From Flavobacteriales bacterium (lineage in GTDB: Bacteria > Bacteroidota > Bacteroidia > Flavobacteriales > CAJXXR01): a stretch of 64,000 nt of DNA. Location of the stretch: contig CBDEVQ010000092.1 of the NCBI GenBank assembly GCA_965243605.1, positions 48,208 through 112,207 on the forward strand, written 5' to 3'. Positions 27,886 to 37,035 of the stretch are shown here, piece by piece (position 1 is the first letter of the stretch; each line of letters begins with the position of its first letter). The notes under the pieces were generated by a model. That model was not told where the DNA came from. It ran no database searches and saw only the letters and a program-made list of their open reading frames with translations. A program made the position numbers and the translations under genes.

Positions 27886-29799
27886 ATGAGAATACTAACC
27901 ATATTAAGTTATTTATTTTGTTTATGTATTAGTTTTAATGGGAATAGCCAAACCATCACGGTTCAGAATTTAGACGATTCTGGGGTTGGCTCTTTACGTG
28001 ATGCTATTTCTAATGCCAATTCAGGCGATACTATACGTTTTAATCCAATGTTACTATCGCAAGGGAGTGATACTTTAGTTCTAGATACTGTTATTAATAT
28101 TGATAAGGATTTAGTAATAAAAGGGCTTTATGATGATGAGGATACTTTGTTTTTGTCTGCTATTGATGACCAGATGATGTTTTCTATAGATAGTGTTGAA
28201 AATATAGTTATGGATAGTTTGACTTTTGATATTGGCTCAATAAATACTTTTACCAATTACGATTTCTTTTGGGTGCGAAATTCAAATATACAAATGTATA
28301 ATTCAATGTTTTTAGGGTATAGAGATGAGGTTTTAACTTTTTGGCAATCATCTTTAGAGATATTAAATTGTAAATTTACTAGTGGAAATAGTTTATTTCC
28401 GAGTTCTGTTATTATATTTTTAACAAATGGAGATGTGTCAAGACAGTTTAGAGTTGTTAATTCTGAGTTTAGATTTAATAATCCTCTTACTTCTGCAGTT
28501 ATCATTAAAACAGGTGGCAATAAAAATAATAACCATATTTATTTTGAAAATAATTATTTCTCTAATATAGGTACTTTAGTTTATGGTCATAATATGATTG
28601 ATATTTTTAATAGCACCTATGAAAATGCTCATATACAAACAGGAGAGCCTTCTGTAGGATTTGCTTACATTAGAGACATTACATTAAATATAGAATCTTC
28701 AACTTTTACAATTAATGATGTTAATCAAGTACAAAACACCATTTTATGCATAGGAACGCCTTATGGACCTATTGAGCCTGTTCCTCTAGATGTTCTTGAG
28801 TTAAATTTCACAAATTGTACGTTTAATGGAGGGATATATGTAGATACCGTTTATAATAACTTTTATGATAGTAATTATTTGGATTATTTCGGTCCAGATT
28901 TAGATGAGTTAAAAATAACAAGTTGTATTTTTAATGATATTAACGGATTTAATGAATTACCTATAGACACTTCAGGTGGATATAATCTATTTAGCTTTCC
29001 TCAAAGTATAGGCTTAGATTCTACAGACCTAACCAATGTTTTGGTTTCAGATATTAATTTAGAACCACTACAAAACAACGGAGGATTTACACCTACGCAT
29101 GTACCAAGTTATCAATCTTTAGCTTTTAACTCCGGTAATCCAAACGATACAAGTTTTGCTCAAAATGGAGCTATTATTCAACGTAGAGATATTGGAGCTG
29201 CTGAAATACAAGCTACTCTTACCATAGACACTGTAGAGTATTGTGGAGAAGACTACGATTGGAGAAATGAAACACTTACGGAATCTAATATACACTTTGA
29301 TGTTCAGGAATCTACCACAGGAGGATATGATAGTGTTTTTGTTCTGGATTTAACTTTAGATTACATTGATGCTATAGCCATTAGCGATGGTGGAGCCTTA
29401 CAAGCCAATATTTCTGATGCAACATACCAATGGATGGATTGTTCAACCCATTTACCATTGTTTGGCGAAACCAACCAAACCTTTACACCCAGTATAGCGG
29501 GAACCTATGCGGTTGTTGTTTCCAATGGAATTTGTACCGATACTTCGGCCTGTGTATTTATCGATAATTTGAGTGTAGAAGAGCAGGTGCAATCCTTTGT
29601 ATTTGTAAAGAATCATGTTTTGTATTTTAACGGGTTAGAAAATGCAGAGTTTAACATCTATAATAGCCTTGGGCAGAATATTTTAAGCGGCAATGTAAAA
29701 TCCGGAGAAATAGACCTTTCAAACTTCCCAAGTGGACTGTATAGCATTCAATTTAAAGATGCCACTATGGTTAGATCTATAAAATTTGTATTAAATTAA
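27886..29799 (+). CDS. Array copy B3 (signal a, core class IV identical to B1, CTD alpha); a five-piece mosaic
   Basis: 637 aa. Going 5' to 3', it matches A6, then B1, then B2, then B4, then A2/A3 (see findings). Confidence 0.9.
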   Translation: MRILTILSYLFCLCISFNGNSQTITVQNLDDSGVGSLRDAISNANSGDTIRFNPMLLSQGSDTLVLDTVINIDKDLVIKGLYDDEDTLFLSAIDDQMMFSIDSVENIVMDSLTFDIGSINTFTNYDFFWVRNSNIQMYNSMFLGYRDEVLTFWQSSLEILNCKFTSGNSLFPSSVIIFLTNGDVSRQFRVVNSEFRFNNPLTSAVIIKTGGNKNNNHIYFENNYFSNIGTLVYGHNMIDIFNSTYENAHIQTGEPSVGFAYIRDITLNIESSTFTINDVNQVQNTILCIGTPYGPIEPVPLDVLELNFTNCTFNGGIYVDTVYNNFYDSNYLDYFGPDLDELKITSCIFNDINGFNELPIDTSGGYNLFSFPQSIGLDSTDLTNVLVSDINLEPLQNNGGFTPTHVPSYQSLAFNSGNPNDTSFAQNGAIIQRRDIGAAEIQATLTIDTVEYCGEDYDWRNETLTESNIHFDVQESTTGGYDSVFVLDLTLDYIDAIAISDGGALQANISDATYQWMDCSTHLPLFGETNQTFTPSIAGTYAVVVSNGICTDTSACVFIDNLSVEEQVQSFVFVKNHVLYFNGLENAEFNIYNSLGQNILSGNVKSGEIDLSNFPSGLYSIQFKDATMVRSIKFVLN

Positions 29800-29816
29800 T
29801 TAACAATTAGAGCGTT

Positions 29817-31712
29817 ATGAGAATACTAACCATATTAAGTTATTTATTTTATTTATGTATTAGTTTGAATGGGAATAGCCAAACCATCACGGTTCAGAAT
29901 TTAGACGATTCTGGGGTTGGCTCTTTACGTGATGCTATTTCTAATGCCAATTCAGGTGATACCATCCGTTTTAATCCCATGTTAATTGCTCAAGGGAGTG
30001 ATACTTTAGTATTAGATACAGTGATTAATATTGATAAAGATTTAGTGATAAAAGGGCTTTATGATGATGAGGATACGTTGTTTTTGTCTGTGTCAGACAA
30101 TCAGTCATTCTTCCTTGTTGATACTGTTGAAAGTTTTACACTTGATAGTCTAACTTTTATTTCAGATTCAATTTTCAATGCAAATATTGATTGTTTTAAG
30201 GTATTTGAATCTGGTTTATGCATTGAGAATTCTTCTTTTTTGGGTTTTAAAAAAAATGTATTGTTACTATATCAATCATCTCTTAGGTTTATTAATTCTA
30301 AAATTTTCACATATGATTATTTATCAATGTCTGGTGGAACCCCTCAATATATTTGGTGCTATACGGATGGAAATATCTTAAGAAATTTTGAAATTGTTTC
30401 TAGCGAAATTCAGGCTGGAAATTCAAACGGTTTATATATGACTCTCGGTGGTGTTCAAGACAGTAATAGTGTATTAATTAAAGATACTTATCTTTCTAAT
30501 TTTAGGAGTTGGTTGTTTGGTCATTTTAATTTAAAAATATTAAATAGTACCTTAGAAAACTCATATATTAATATCGGTCATCCTAATATTTCTGGAGGAA
30601 GTTTAGAAAGAAATGCTTTTATTTCGGCTAATGCTTCGACTTTTTCTTTAACTGATTTTGAAGATTTACAAAACCCTATTTCTTGTATCGGTTCACCAAC
30701 AAATCCCTTTGACCCACCTCCCTTAGATGTATTTGAATTACAGTTTGATAACTGTACATTTAATGGGGCTACATATGATAGTAGTTCATATGAAGATTAT
30801 TTCGGTCCCGATTTAGATGAACTAAAAATAACAAGTTGTATTTTTAATGATATTAATGGCTTTAATGAATTACCTATAGACTCATCTGGAGGATATAATC
30901 TATTTAGTTTTCCTCAAAGTATAGGTTTAGATTCTACAGACCAAGCTGATATTTCTGTTTCAGATATTAATTTAGAACCATTACAAAACAATGGAGGGTT
31001 TACGCCTACTCATGTACCAAATTATGAATCATTAGCCTTTAACTCAGGAAATCCAAACGATACAAGCTCTGCCCAAAACGGAGCTATTATTCAACGTAGA
31101 GATATAGGAGCTGCTGAAATACAAGCCGTACTTACTGTAGATACGACTGAATATTGTGGGGAATTTTACGATTGGAGAAATGAAACACTTACGGAATCTA
31201 ATATACACTTTGATGTTCAGGAATCTACCACAGGAGGATATGATAGTGTTTTTGTTCTGGATTTAACTTTAGATTACATTGATGCTATAGCCATTAGTGA
31301 TGGAGGGGAATTAAAAGCCAATATTTCTGATGCAAGCTATCAATGGATAGATTGTTCTACTAATCAACCTTTGTTTGGAGAAACAAATCAGGTTTTAACG
31401 CCAAATACAGAAGGAACCTATGCTGTTATTGTTTCAAGTTCTATTTGTACAGATACATCAAGTTGTGTGTATATTAATAATATAGGGTTAGAAGAGCAAG
31501 AGAAACGCTTTGTATTTGTAAAAGATAAAATACTCTATTTAAATAATGTTAATAGCTATACCGAATATAGTGTTTATAATAACTTAGGGCAAATCGTGTT
31601 TAAATTCAATACAGTAAAAAAACAACAGGATATAACTCATTTAAATTCAGGTGTGTATTTTATTGAGTTTAAAGATGAGAATATTCAACCAGTGAAATTT
31701 ATTTTGGATTAA
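29817..31712 (+). CDS. Array copy B4 (signal a, core class II, CTD beta)
   Basis: 631 aa. The core is homologous to A2. The CTD and the downstream junction are the same as in B1. Confidence 0.9.
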   Translation: MRILTILSYLFYLCISLNGNSQTITVQNLDDSGVGSLRDAISNANSGDTIRFNPMLIAQGSDTLVLDTVINIDKDLVIKGLYDDEDTLFLSVSDNQSFFLVDTVESFTLDSLTFISDSIFNANIDCFKVFESGLCIENSSFLGFKKNVLLLYQSSLRFINSKIFTYDYLSMSGGTPQYIWCYTDGNILRNFEIVSSEIQAGNSNGLYMTLGGVQDSNSVLIKDTYLSNFRSWLFGHFNLKILNSTLENSYINIGHPNISGGSLERNAFISANASTFSLTDFEDLQNPISCIGSPTNPFDPPPLDVFELQFDNCTFNGATYDSSSYEDYFGPDLDELKITSCIFNDINGFNELPIDSSGGYNLFSFPQSIGLDSTDQADISVSDINLEPLQNNGGFTPTHVPNYESLAFNSGNPNDTSSAQNGAIIQRRDIGAAEIQAVLTVDTTEYCGEFYDWRNETLTESNIHFDVQESTTGGYDSVFVLDLTLDYIDAIAISDGGELKANISDASYQWIDCSTNQPLFGETNQVLTPNTEGTYAVIVSSSICTDTSSCVYINNIGLEEQEKRFVFVKDKILYLNNVNSYTEYSVYNNLGQIVFKFNTVKKQQDITHLNSGVYFIEFKDENIQPVKFILD

Positions 31713-31752
31713 CAACAACTATTCATTTTTAAATTATATAAACCTAAACCGT

Positions 31753-33657
31753 ATGACAAGGGTTATTAAATCTATTAGTTTTATATGTTGTTTGTTTCTT
31801 ACGCTCACACTAACAGGACAAACCATAACCGTTCAGAATTTAGATGATTCCGGAACTGGTTCTTTACGTAATGCTATTTCTAATGCCAATTCAGGCGATA
31901 CTATACGTTTTAATCCCATGTTAATTGCTCAAGGGAGTGATACTTTGGTACTAGATACAGTAATAAATATTGATAAAGATTTGGTAATAAAAGGACTTTA
32001 TGATGAGGAAGATACTTTGTTTTTGTCTTCTTTGGAGAATAGAAGTATGTTTTCTATTGATACTGTAGATTATATATTACTTGATAGTCTTTGTTTAGTA
32101 GCTGATACAATCAGTTATAATAATAACTATACTATTAGTTTTGTTTATTCGGATGTTGTTGTTTCAAATTCTTTTTTTAAAGGATATAAAACAACTTTAT
32201 TATATGCTTGGCAATCTTCTTTGAATATTTATGGATGTAGTTTTTATAACGATATAAACACAAATGCATCAATTGTTTTTTTATCAAATGGAGACGAACT
32301 CAGAACTTTGAGTATTATTTCTAGCTTTTTGCAAAACAATAAGACAGGATATAATTTTGATATAAGATTAGCTGGTAATAAAAATAATAATAAAATTACT
32401 TTTGAAGATTCATATTTTAAAGATTCTAAAAGTTGGTTTTTTGGTCATCTATCTACTGACATAACATACTGTACATTTGAAAACTCTCCGTTAAGTTTTG
32501 GACATGAATCATTTGGCGGAGGAACCTTGGAAAGAGATATGACATTACTATGTCTCGGTTCAACATTTTTTATTTCAAATATTGATTATAGGCAAAACTC
32601 TTTCTCTTGTATAGGTACACCAACGAGCCCTTTTGCCCCTCCTCCTTCAGATTTTTTTGAATTACAGTTTAATAATTGTACTTTTAATGGAGGGGTTTAT
32701 ATAGATACAGCTTATGGAAATAATTACGATAGTAATTATTTGGACTACTTCGGACCAGATTTAGATGAGTTAAAAATAACGAGTTGTATTTTCAATGACA
32801 TCAACGGTTTTAATGAATTACCTATAGATTCATCAGGAGGATATAATCTATTTAGTTTTCCTCAAAGTATAGGCTTAGATTCTACAGACCAAGCAAATGT
32901 ATTGGTTTCAGATATTAATTTAGGACAATTACAAAACAACGGAGGATTTACACCAACACACTTACCAGGCTACGAATCTTTAGCGTTTAATGCAGGAAAC
33001 CCTAACGATACCAGTTCGGCTCAAAATGGGGAGATTATACAACGAAGAGATATTGGATCAGCTGAAATACAAGCTATACTTACTGTAGATACTACTGAAT
33101 ATTGTGGCGAATTTTATGATTGGAGAGGGCAAATGTTAACCGAATCAGCTATCTATTCAGATATAGAAGAATCTACAACAGGATTAGATAGTGTTTTTGC
33201 CATAGATTTAACCTTAGAGTATTTAGATGCCCTAGCCATTAGCGATGGAGGCGAATTAACAGCCAATAGTTCTGATGCGACCTACCAATGGATGGATTGT
33301 TCAACCCATTTACCATTGTTTGGTGAAACTAACCAAACCCTTACACCCAGTATAGCGGGAACCTATGCGGTTGTTGTTTCCAATGGAATTTGTACCGATA
33401 CTTCGGCCTGTGTATTTATCGATAATTTGAGTGTAGAAGAGCAGGTGCAATCCTTTGTATTTGTAAAGAATCATGTTTTGTATTTTAACGGGTTAGAAAA
33501 TGCAGAGTTTAACATCTATAATAGCCTTGGGCAGAATATTTTAAGCGGCAATGTAAAATCCGGAGAAATAGACCTTTCAAACTTCCCAAGTGGACTGTAT
33601 AGCATTCAATTTAAAGATGCCACTATGGTTAGATCTATAAAATTTGTATTAAATTAA
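31753..33657 (+). CDS. Array copy B5 (signal c, core class III, CTD alpha)
   Basis: 634 aa. The core is homologous to A3. The segment AILTVDTTEYCGEFYDWRGQMLTESAIYSDIE.STTGLDSVFAIDLTLEYLDALAISDGGELTANSSDATYQW is shared with A6. Confidence 0.9.
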   Translation: MTRVIKSISFICCLFLTLTLTGQTITVQNLDDSGTGSLRNAISNANSGDTIRFNPMLIAQGSDTLVLDTVINIDKDLVIKGLYDEEDTLFLSSLENRSMFSIDTVDYILLDSLCLVADTISYNNNYTISFVYSDVVVSNSFFKGYKTTLLYAWQSSLNIYGCSFYNDINTNASIVFLSNGDELRTLSIISSFLQNNKTGYNFDIRLAGNKNNNKITFEDSYFKDSKSWFFGHLSTDITYCTFENSPLSFGHESFGGGTLERDMTLLCLGSTFFISNIDYRQNSFSCIGTPTSPFAPPPSDFFELQFNNCTFNGGVYIDTAYGNNYDSNYLDYFGPDLDELKITSCIFNDINGFNELPIDSSGGYNLFSFPQSIGLDSTDQANVLVSDINLGQLQNNGGFTPTHLPGYESLAFNAGNPNDTSSAQNGEIIQRRDIGSAEIQAILTVDTTEYCGEFYDWRGQMLTESAIYSDIEESTTGLDSVFAIDLTLEYLDALAISDGGELTANSSDATYQWMDCSTHLPLFGETNQTLTPSIAGTYAVVVSNGICTDTSACVFIDNLSVEEQVQSFVFVKNHVLYFNGLENAEFNIYNSLGQNILSGNVKSGEIDLSNFPSGLYSIQFKDATMVRSIKFVLN

Positions 33658-33674
33658 TTAACAATTAGAGCGTT

Positions 33675-35588
33675 ATGAGAATACTAACCATATTAAGTTA
33701 TTTATTTTGTTTATGTATTAGTTTGAATGGGAATAGCCAAACCATCACGGTTCAGAATTTAGACGATTCTGGGGTTGGCTCTTTACGTGATGCTATTTCT
33801 AATGCCAATTCAGGTGATACCATCCGTTTTAATCCCATGTTAATTGCTCAAGGGAGTGATACTTTAGTATTAGATACAGTGATTAATATTGATAAAGATT
33901 TAGTGATAAATGGGCTTTATGATAGCGAGGATACCTTGTTTATGTCCTCTTTAGAGAATAGAAGAATGTTCCATTTTGATACTGTGGATTATATATTACT
34001 TGATAGCCTTTGTTTGTTAGCAGATACAACGAATGGTTTTAATAATACTATAATAAGTTTTGTTTATTCAGATGTAGTTGTTTCAAATTCTTTTTTTAAA
34101 GAATATAATAAAACTGTTTTAAATTCTTGGCAATCAAATTTAAACATAATAAATAGTTTAATTTCTAGTGATACTTTATATACATTTTATCCTTTAGTTT
34201 ATTCAACTCAAGGTGATACGTTAAGAAAACTAAAAATTATAAAGTCAAAGTTTTTAATAAAGGAAAAGAATACAGTTGGTATAGTAGTTAGAACAGCTGG
34301 AAATAAGGAGAATAATAAGGTGATTATTCAAGATTCATATTTTGAAAATTTTGAAACATTAATATATGGTCATAACACCATGGAGATTCAATATTCAACA
34401 TTTAATAATTCACTAATTAAAACGGGAGAGCCTTATGTGGGGTTTGCATATATTAGAGATATTACATTAACTGTAAAATCTTCAACCTTTGCAATTACAG
34501 ATTCTAATCAAGTCCAAAATACAATTTTATGTATAGGAACACCTTATGGACCTATTGAACCGGTTCCTTTAGATGTTCTTGAGTTAAATTTAACAAATTG
34601 TACGTTTAATGGCGGGATTTACGAAGACGTTATTTATGGAACTGGTTATGATAGTAATTATTTGGATTATTTTGGAGAAAGTATAGATTCATTAAGTATA
34701 ACAAGTTGCATATTTAATGATATTAACGGATTTAATGAATTACCTATAGACTCATCGGGAGGCTATAATCTATTTAGTTTTCCTCAAAATATAGGTTTAG
34801 ATTCTACAGACCAAGCCAGTGTTTTAATCTCTGATATTAATTTGGGATTACTACAAAACAATGGAGGATTTACTCCTACCCATCTACCAAACTATCAATC
34901 ATTAGCCTTTAACTCAGGTAATCCTAACGATACAAGTTTTGCTCAAAATGGAGCTATTATTCAACGTAGAGATATTGGAGCTGCTGAAATACAAGCTACT
35001 CTTACCATAGACACTGTAGAGTATTGTGGAGAAGACTACGATTGGAGAAATGAAACACTTACGGAATCTAATATACACTTTGATGTTCAGGAATCTACCA
35101 CAGGAGGATATGATAGTGTTTTTGTTCTGGATTTAACTTTAGATTACATGGATGCTATAGCCATTAGTGATGGAGGGGAATTAAAAGCTAATATTTCTGA
35201 TGCAACATACCAATGGATGGATTGTTTAACCCATTTACCATTGTTTGGCGAAACCAACCAAACCCTTACACCCAGTATAGCGGGAACCTATGCCGTTGTT
35301 GTTTCTAACGGAATTTGTACCGATACTTCGGCCTGTGTATTTATCGATAATTTGAGTGTGGAAGAGCAGGTGCAATCATTTGTATTTGTAAAGAATAATG
35401 TTTTGTATTTTAAAGGATTTAGTGAGGGTAAAATGGATTATATGATCTTTAATAATTTAGGACAACAGATACTGTACTCAAATACTTCACAGGAAGTACA
35501 AGATCTTTCCTATTTAGAATCAGGGGTTTATTTTATTGAATTTATGAGTAAACAGAATAGAAAGCCAATACAATTTATTATCAACTAA
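33675..35588 (+). CDS. Array copy B6, last gene of block B (signal a, chimeric core III/V, alpha-to-gamma-like hybrid CTD)
   Basis: 637 aa. The core starts like B5/A3 (SSLENRRMFHFDTVDYILLDSLCLLADT...SFVYSDVVVSNSFFK), then switches to the A6 segment. The CTD begins VQSFVFVKNNVLYF as in B2, then ends ...DLSYLESGVYFIEFMSKQNRKPIQFIIN. Confidence 0.9.
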   Translation: MRILTILSYLFCLCISLNGNSQTITVQNLDDSGVGSLRDAISNANSGDTIRFNPMLIAQGSDTLVLDTVINIDKDLVINGLYDSEDTLFMSSLENRRMFHFDTVDYILLDSLCLLADTTNGFNNTIISFVYSDVVVSNSFFKEYNKTVLNSWQSNLNIINSLISSDTLYTFYPLVYSTQGDTLRKLKIIKSKFLIKEKNTVGIVVRTAGNKENNKVIIQDSYFENFETLIYGHNTMEIQYSTFNNSLIKTGEPYVGFAYIRDITLTVKSSTFAITDSNQVQNTILCIGTPYGPIEPVPLDVLELNLTNCTFNGGIYEDVIYGTGYDSNYLDYFGESIDSLSITSCIFNDINGFNELPIDSSGGYNLFSFPQNIGLDSTDQASVLISDINLGLLQNNGGFTPTHLPNYQSLAFNSGNPNDTSFAQNGAIIQRRDIGAAEIQATLTIDTVEYCGEDYDWRNETLTESNIHFDVQESTTGGYDSVFVLDLTLDYMDAIAISDGGELKANISDATYQWMDCLTHLPLFGETNQTLTPSIAGTYAVVVSNGICTDTSACVFIDNLSVEEQVQSFVFVKNNVLYFKGFSEGKMDYMIFNNLGQQILYSNTSQEVQDLSYLESGVYFIEFMSKQNRKPIQFIIN

Positions 35589-35618
35589 TCCACCCGGTAG
35601 AATATATTTAAAAAATTC

Positions 35619-35642
35619 ATAAAGGATATATTTGTCCGTTAT
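35619..35642. promoter_or_regulatory. Candidate Rrf2/NsrR operator upstream of the regulator gene
   Basis: ATAAAGGAT-atattt-GTCCGTTAT is an imperfect inverted repeat with the same left half-site and 6-nt spacing as the site at 36131. It overlaps a TATATTTG box at 35627..35634. Confidence 0.4.
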
Positions 35643-35654
35643 TAAAATTGATTA

Positions 35655-35662
35655 TATATTTG
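35655..35662 (+). promoter_or_regulatory. Candidate Bacteroidota -7 promoter box (TAnnTTTG) for the Rrf2 gene
   Basis: TATATTTG lies 18 nt upstream of the ATG at 35681. It matches the TAnnTTTG consensus known for Bacteroidota primary-sigma promoters. Confidence 0.3.
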
Positions 35663-35680
35663 TCAACAAATTTAAACACT

Positions 35681-36109
35681 ATGTTTTCTAGATCTTGTGA
35701 ATATGGCTTAAGAGCCGTAATATATATAGCCCAACAATCTAACTTAGGGAATAAGGTAAGCTTAACCAAAATTTCTGAAGAGATTGATTCGCCTCAGGCG
35801 TTTACGGCTAAAATATTACAGCAACTCACAAGAAACAAGATTGTAAAATCGATAAAAGGACCCTATGGTGGCTTTATGATAGAACCCGAAAATATGAATA
35901 CCACTAAGCTAAGCGATGTTGTAGGCGTATTAGATGGCGATAAAATATATACGGGATGTGGTTTAGGTTTAAAACAATGCGATGCCAATTCACCTTGTCC
36001 TTTACATCATAAGTTTATTGAAATAAGAGAGAAACTGCGCGAAATGCTTGAAAGTAACAGTTTAAATGATGTATTAAAAGATATCGATTTAGTTTGGCTA
36101 AAACGATAG
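35681..36109 (+). CDS. Rrf2-family transcriptional regulator, NsrR-like by context
   Basis: MFSRSCEYGLRAVIYIA... is a typical Rrf2 N-terminal wHTH. A three-Cys cluster, CGLGLKQCDANSPC, could ligate Fe-S. The ORF-track start at 35648 is a TTG 11 codons upstream; I prefer the ATG at 35681. The gene sits next to ric and norB. Confidence 0.8.
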   Translation: MFSRSCEYGLRAVIYIAQQSNLGNKVSLTKISEEIDSPQAFTAKILQQLTRNKIVKSIKGPYGGFMIEPENMNTTKLSDVVGVLDGDKIYTGCGLGLKQCDANSPCPLHHKFIEIREKLREMLESNSLNDVLKDIDLVWLKR

Positions 36110-36130
36110 CTTTTTTTTTGCCTAAATTCC

Positions 36131-36155
36131 ATAAAGGATAAAAAGATCCTTTTAT
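36131..36155. promoter_or_regulatory. Candidate Rrf2/NsrR operator upstream of ric (alternatively a weak terminator hairpin of the regulator gene)
   Basis: ATAAAGGAT-aaaaag-ATCCTTTTAT is a palindrome lying 22 nt after the regulator stop and ~100 nt before the ric ATG. Confidence 0.4.
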
Positions 36156-36256
36156 ATTGTTTGAGAGATATCAGGATTAAAAGAAAGAGAGAATAACCAA
36201 AAAAACAAAACATAGATAGGCCTTGGGCTTAAGAATAACTTTTTAAACACAGAACC

Positions 36257-36970
36257 ATGACAATAGATAAAAACACCTTAGTAAGCGAGATTGTTGCCGA
36301 TAACTACAAAGCAGCAAGTGTATTTAAAAGTCATAAAATTGATTTTTGTTGTAACGGAAACCGTCCTTTAGAAACCGTTTGTAAAGGGGACTTAACGGTC
36401 GATGTATTGATCGATGAAATTTTAGAAACTCAAGCTCAAAAAAGTGAGTTGCCTGATTATCAATCTTGGGATATCGGATTTTTATCGGATTATATTTATC
36501 ATAACCACCATACCTATGTAGAGAAGCGCATTCCAGAACTTATGCAATTCCTACATAAAATAAGCCGTGTACATGGCGAAAACCATCCTGAATTAATAGA
36601 AGTATATCGTTTATTTTCTGAAAGTGCCGACGACTTAACCTTACATATGAAAAAAGAAGAACTCATTCTCTTTCCATATTTTAAGCAATTGGCACAAGCA
36701 CAAAAGGAGGGAGGTAAAGTGTCAGCATCTCAATTTCAAACGGTTCAAAGTCCAATTTCTATGATGCACCAAGAACATGATAATGAAGGCGATCGTTTTA
36801 GAAAAATAGCTGAATTAACCAATGACTATACACCACCTGGAGATGCGTGTACAACCTATCGAGTAGCGTTTTTAATGTTACAGGAGTTTGAAGCAGATTT
36901 ACATAAACACATCCATTTAGAGAATAACATTTTATTTAAACGTGCCATTAAATTAGAGCAGAGTTTATAG
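36257..36970 (+). CDS. ric: Iron-sulfur cluster repair di-iron protein (RIC; ScdA/YtfE family)
   Basis: ScdA-type N-terminus DFCCNGNRPLETVC. Hemerythrin-like His/Glu motifs are present (HNHHTYVEKRIPEL, HMKKEELILFP, QEHDNEGD, LHKHIHLENNILF). Confidence 0.85.
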   Translation: MTIDKNTLVSEIVADNYKAASVFKSHKIDFCCNGNRPLETVCKGDLTVDVLIDEILETQAQKSELPDYQSWDIGFLSDYIYHNHHTYVEKRIPELMQFLHKISRVHGENHPELIEVYRLFSESADDLTLHMKKEELILFPYFKQLAQAQKEGGKVSASQFQTVQSPISMMHQEHDNEGDRFRKIAELTNDYTPPGDACTTYRVAFLMLQEFEADLHKHIHLENNILFKRAIKLEQSL

Positions 36971-37035
36971 GTAACACCATGGTCGTGTAAACCGTACACC
37001 ACCATCCGTATCAAAATTAAAACTAAACCTTACAC

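Noticed and set aside
6542-35588. Diversity-generating retroelement (DGR) as the source of core variability
   Set aside because: No reverse transcriptase or template repeat is present in the window. Differences between copies occur as block switches and general divergence, not as adenine-targeted substitutions in a short variable repeat.
6542-35588. pilE/pilS- or vlsE-like antigenic variation with one expression site and silent cassettes
   Set aside because: All 12 copies are complete genes with a start codon, signal peptide and CTD. Only the 117-bp fragment at 6408 is silent, and it lacks a core.
6542-35588. Abundant D(S/T)(A/I/L/V/M/T) tripeptides in the conserved N-cap (e.g. SDTLVLDTVI) as Bacteroidota O-glycosylation sequons
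   Set aside because: The motif is too short and too common in these Asp/Ser/Thr-rich proteins to count as evidence without glycoproteomics.
35648-35680. TTG start at 35648 for the Rrf2 gene and the start at 51173 for the beta-helix gene, as given by the ORF track
   Set aside because: In-frame ATGs at 35681 and 51230 yield canonical N-termini (MFSRSCEYGLRA..., an Rrf2 start; MKKSIFIFFIIF..., a signal peptide). The upstream extensions encode implausible leaders.
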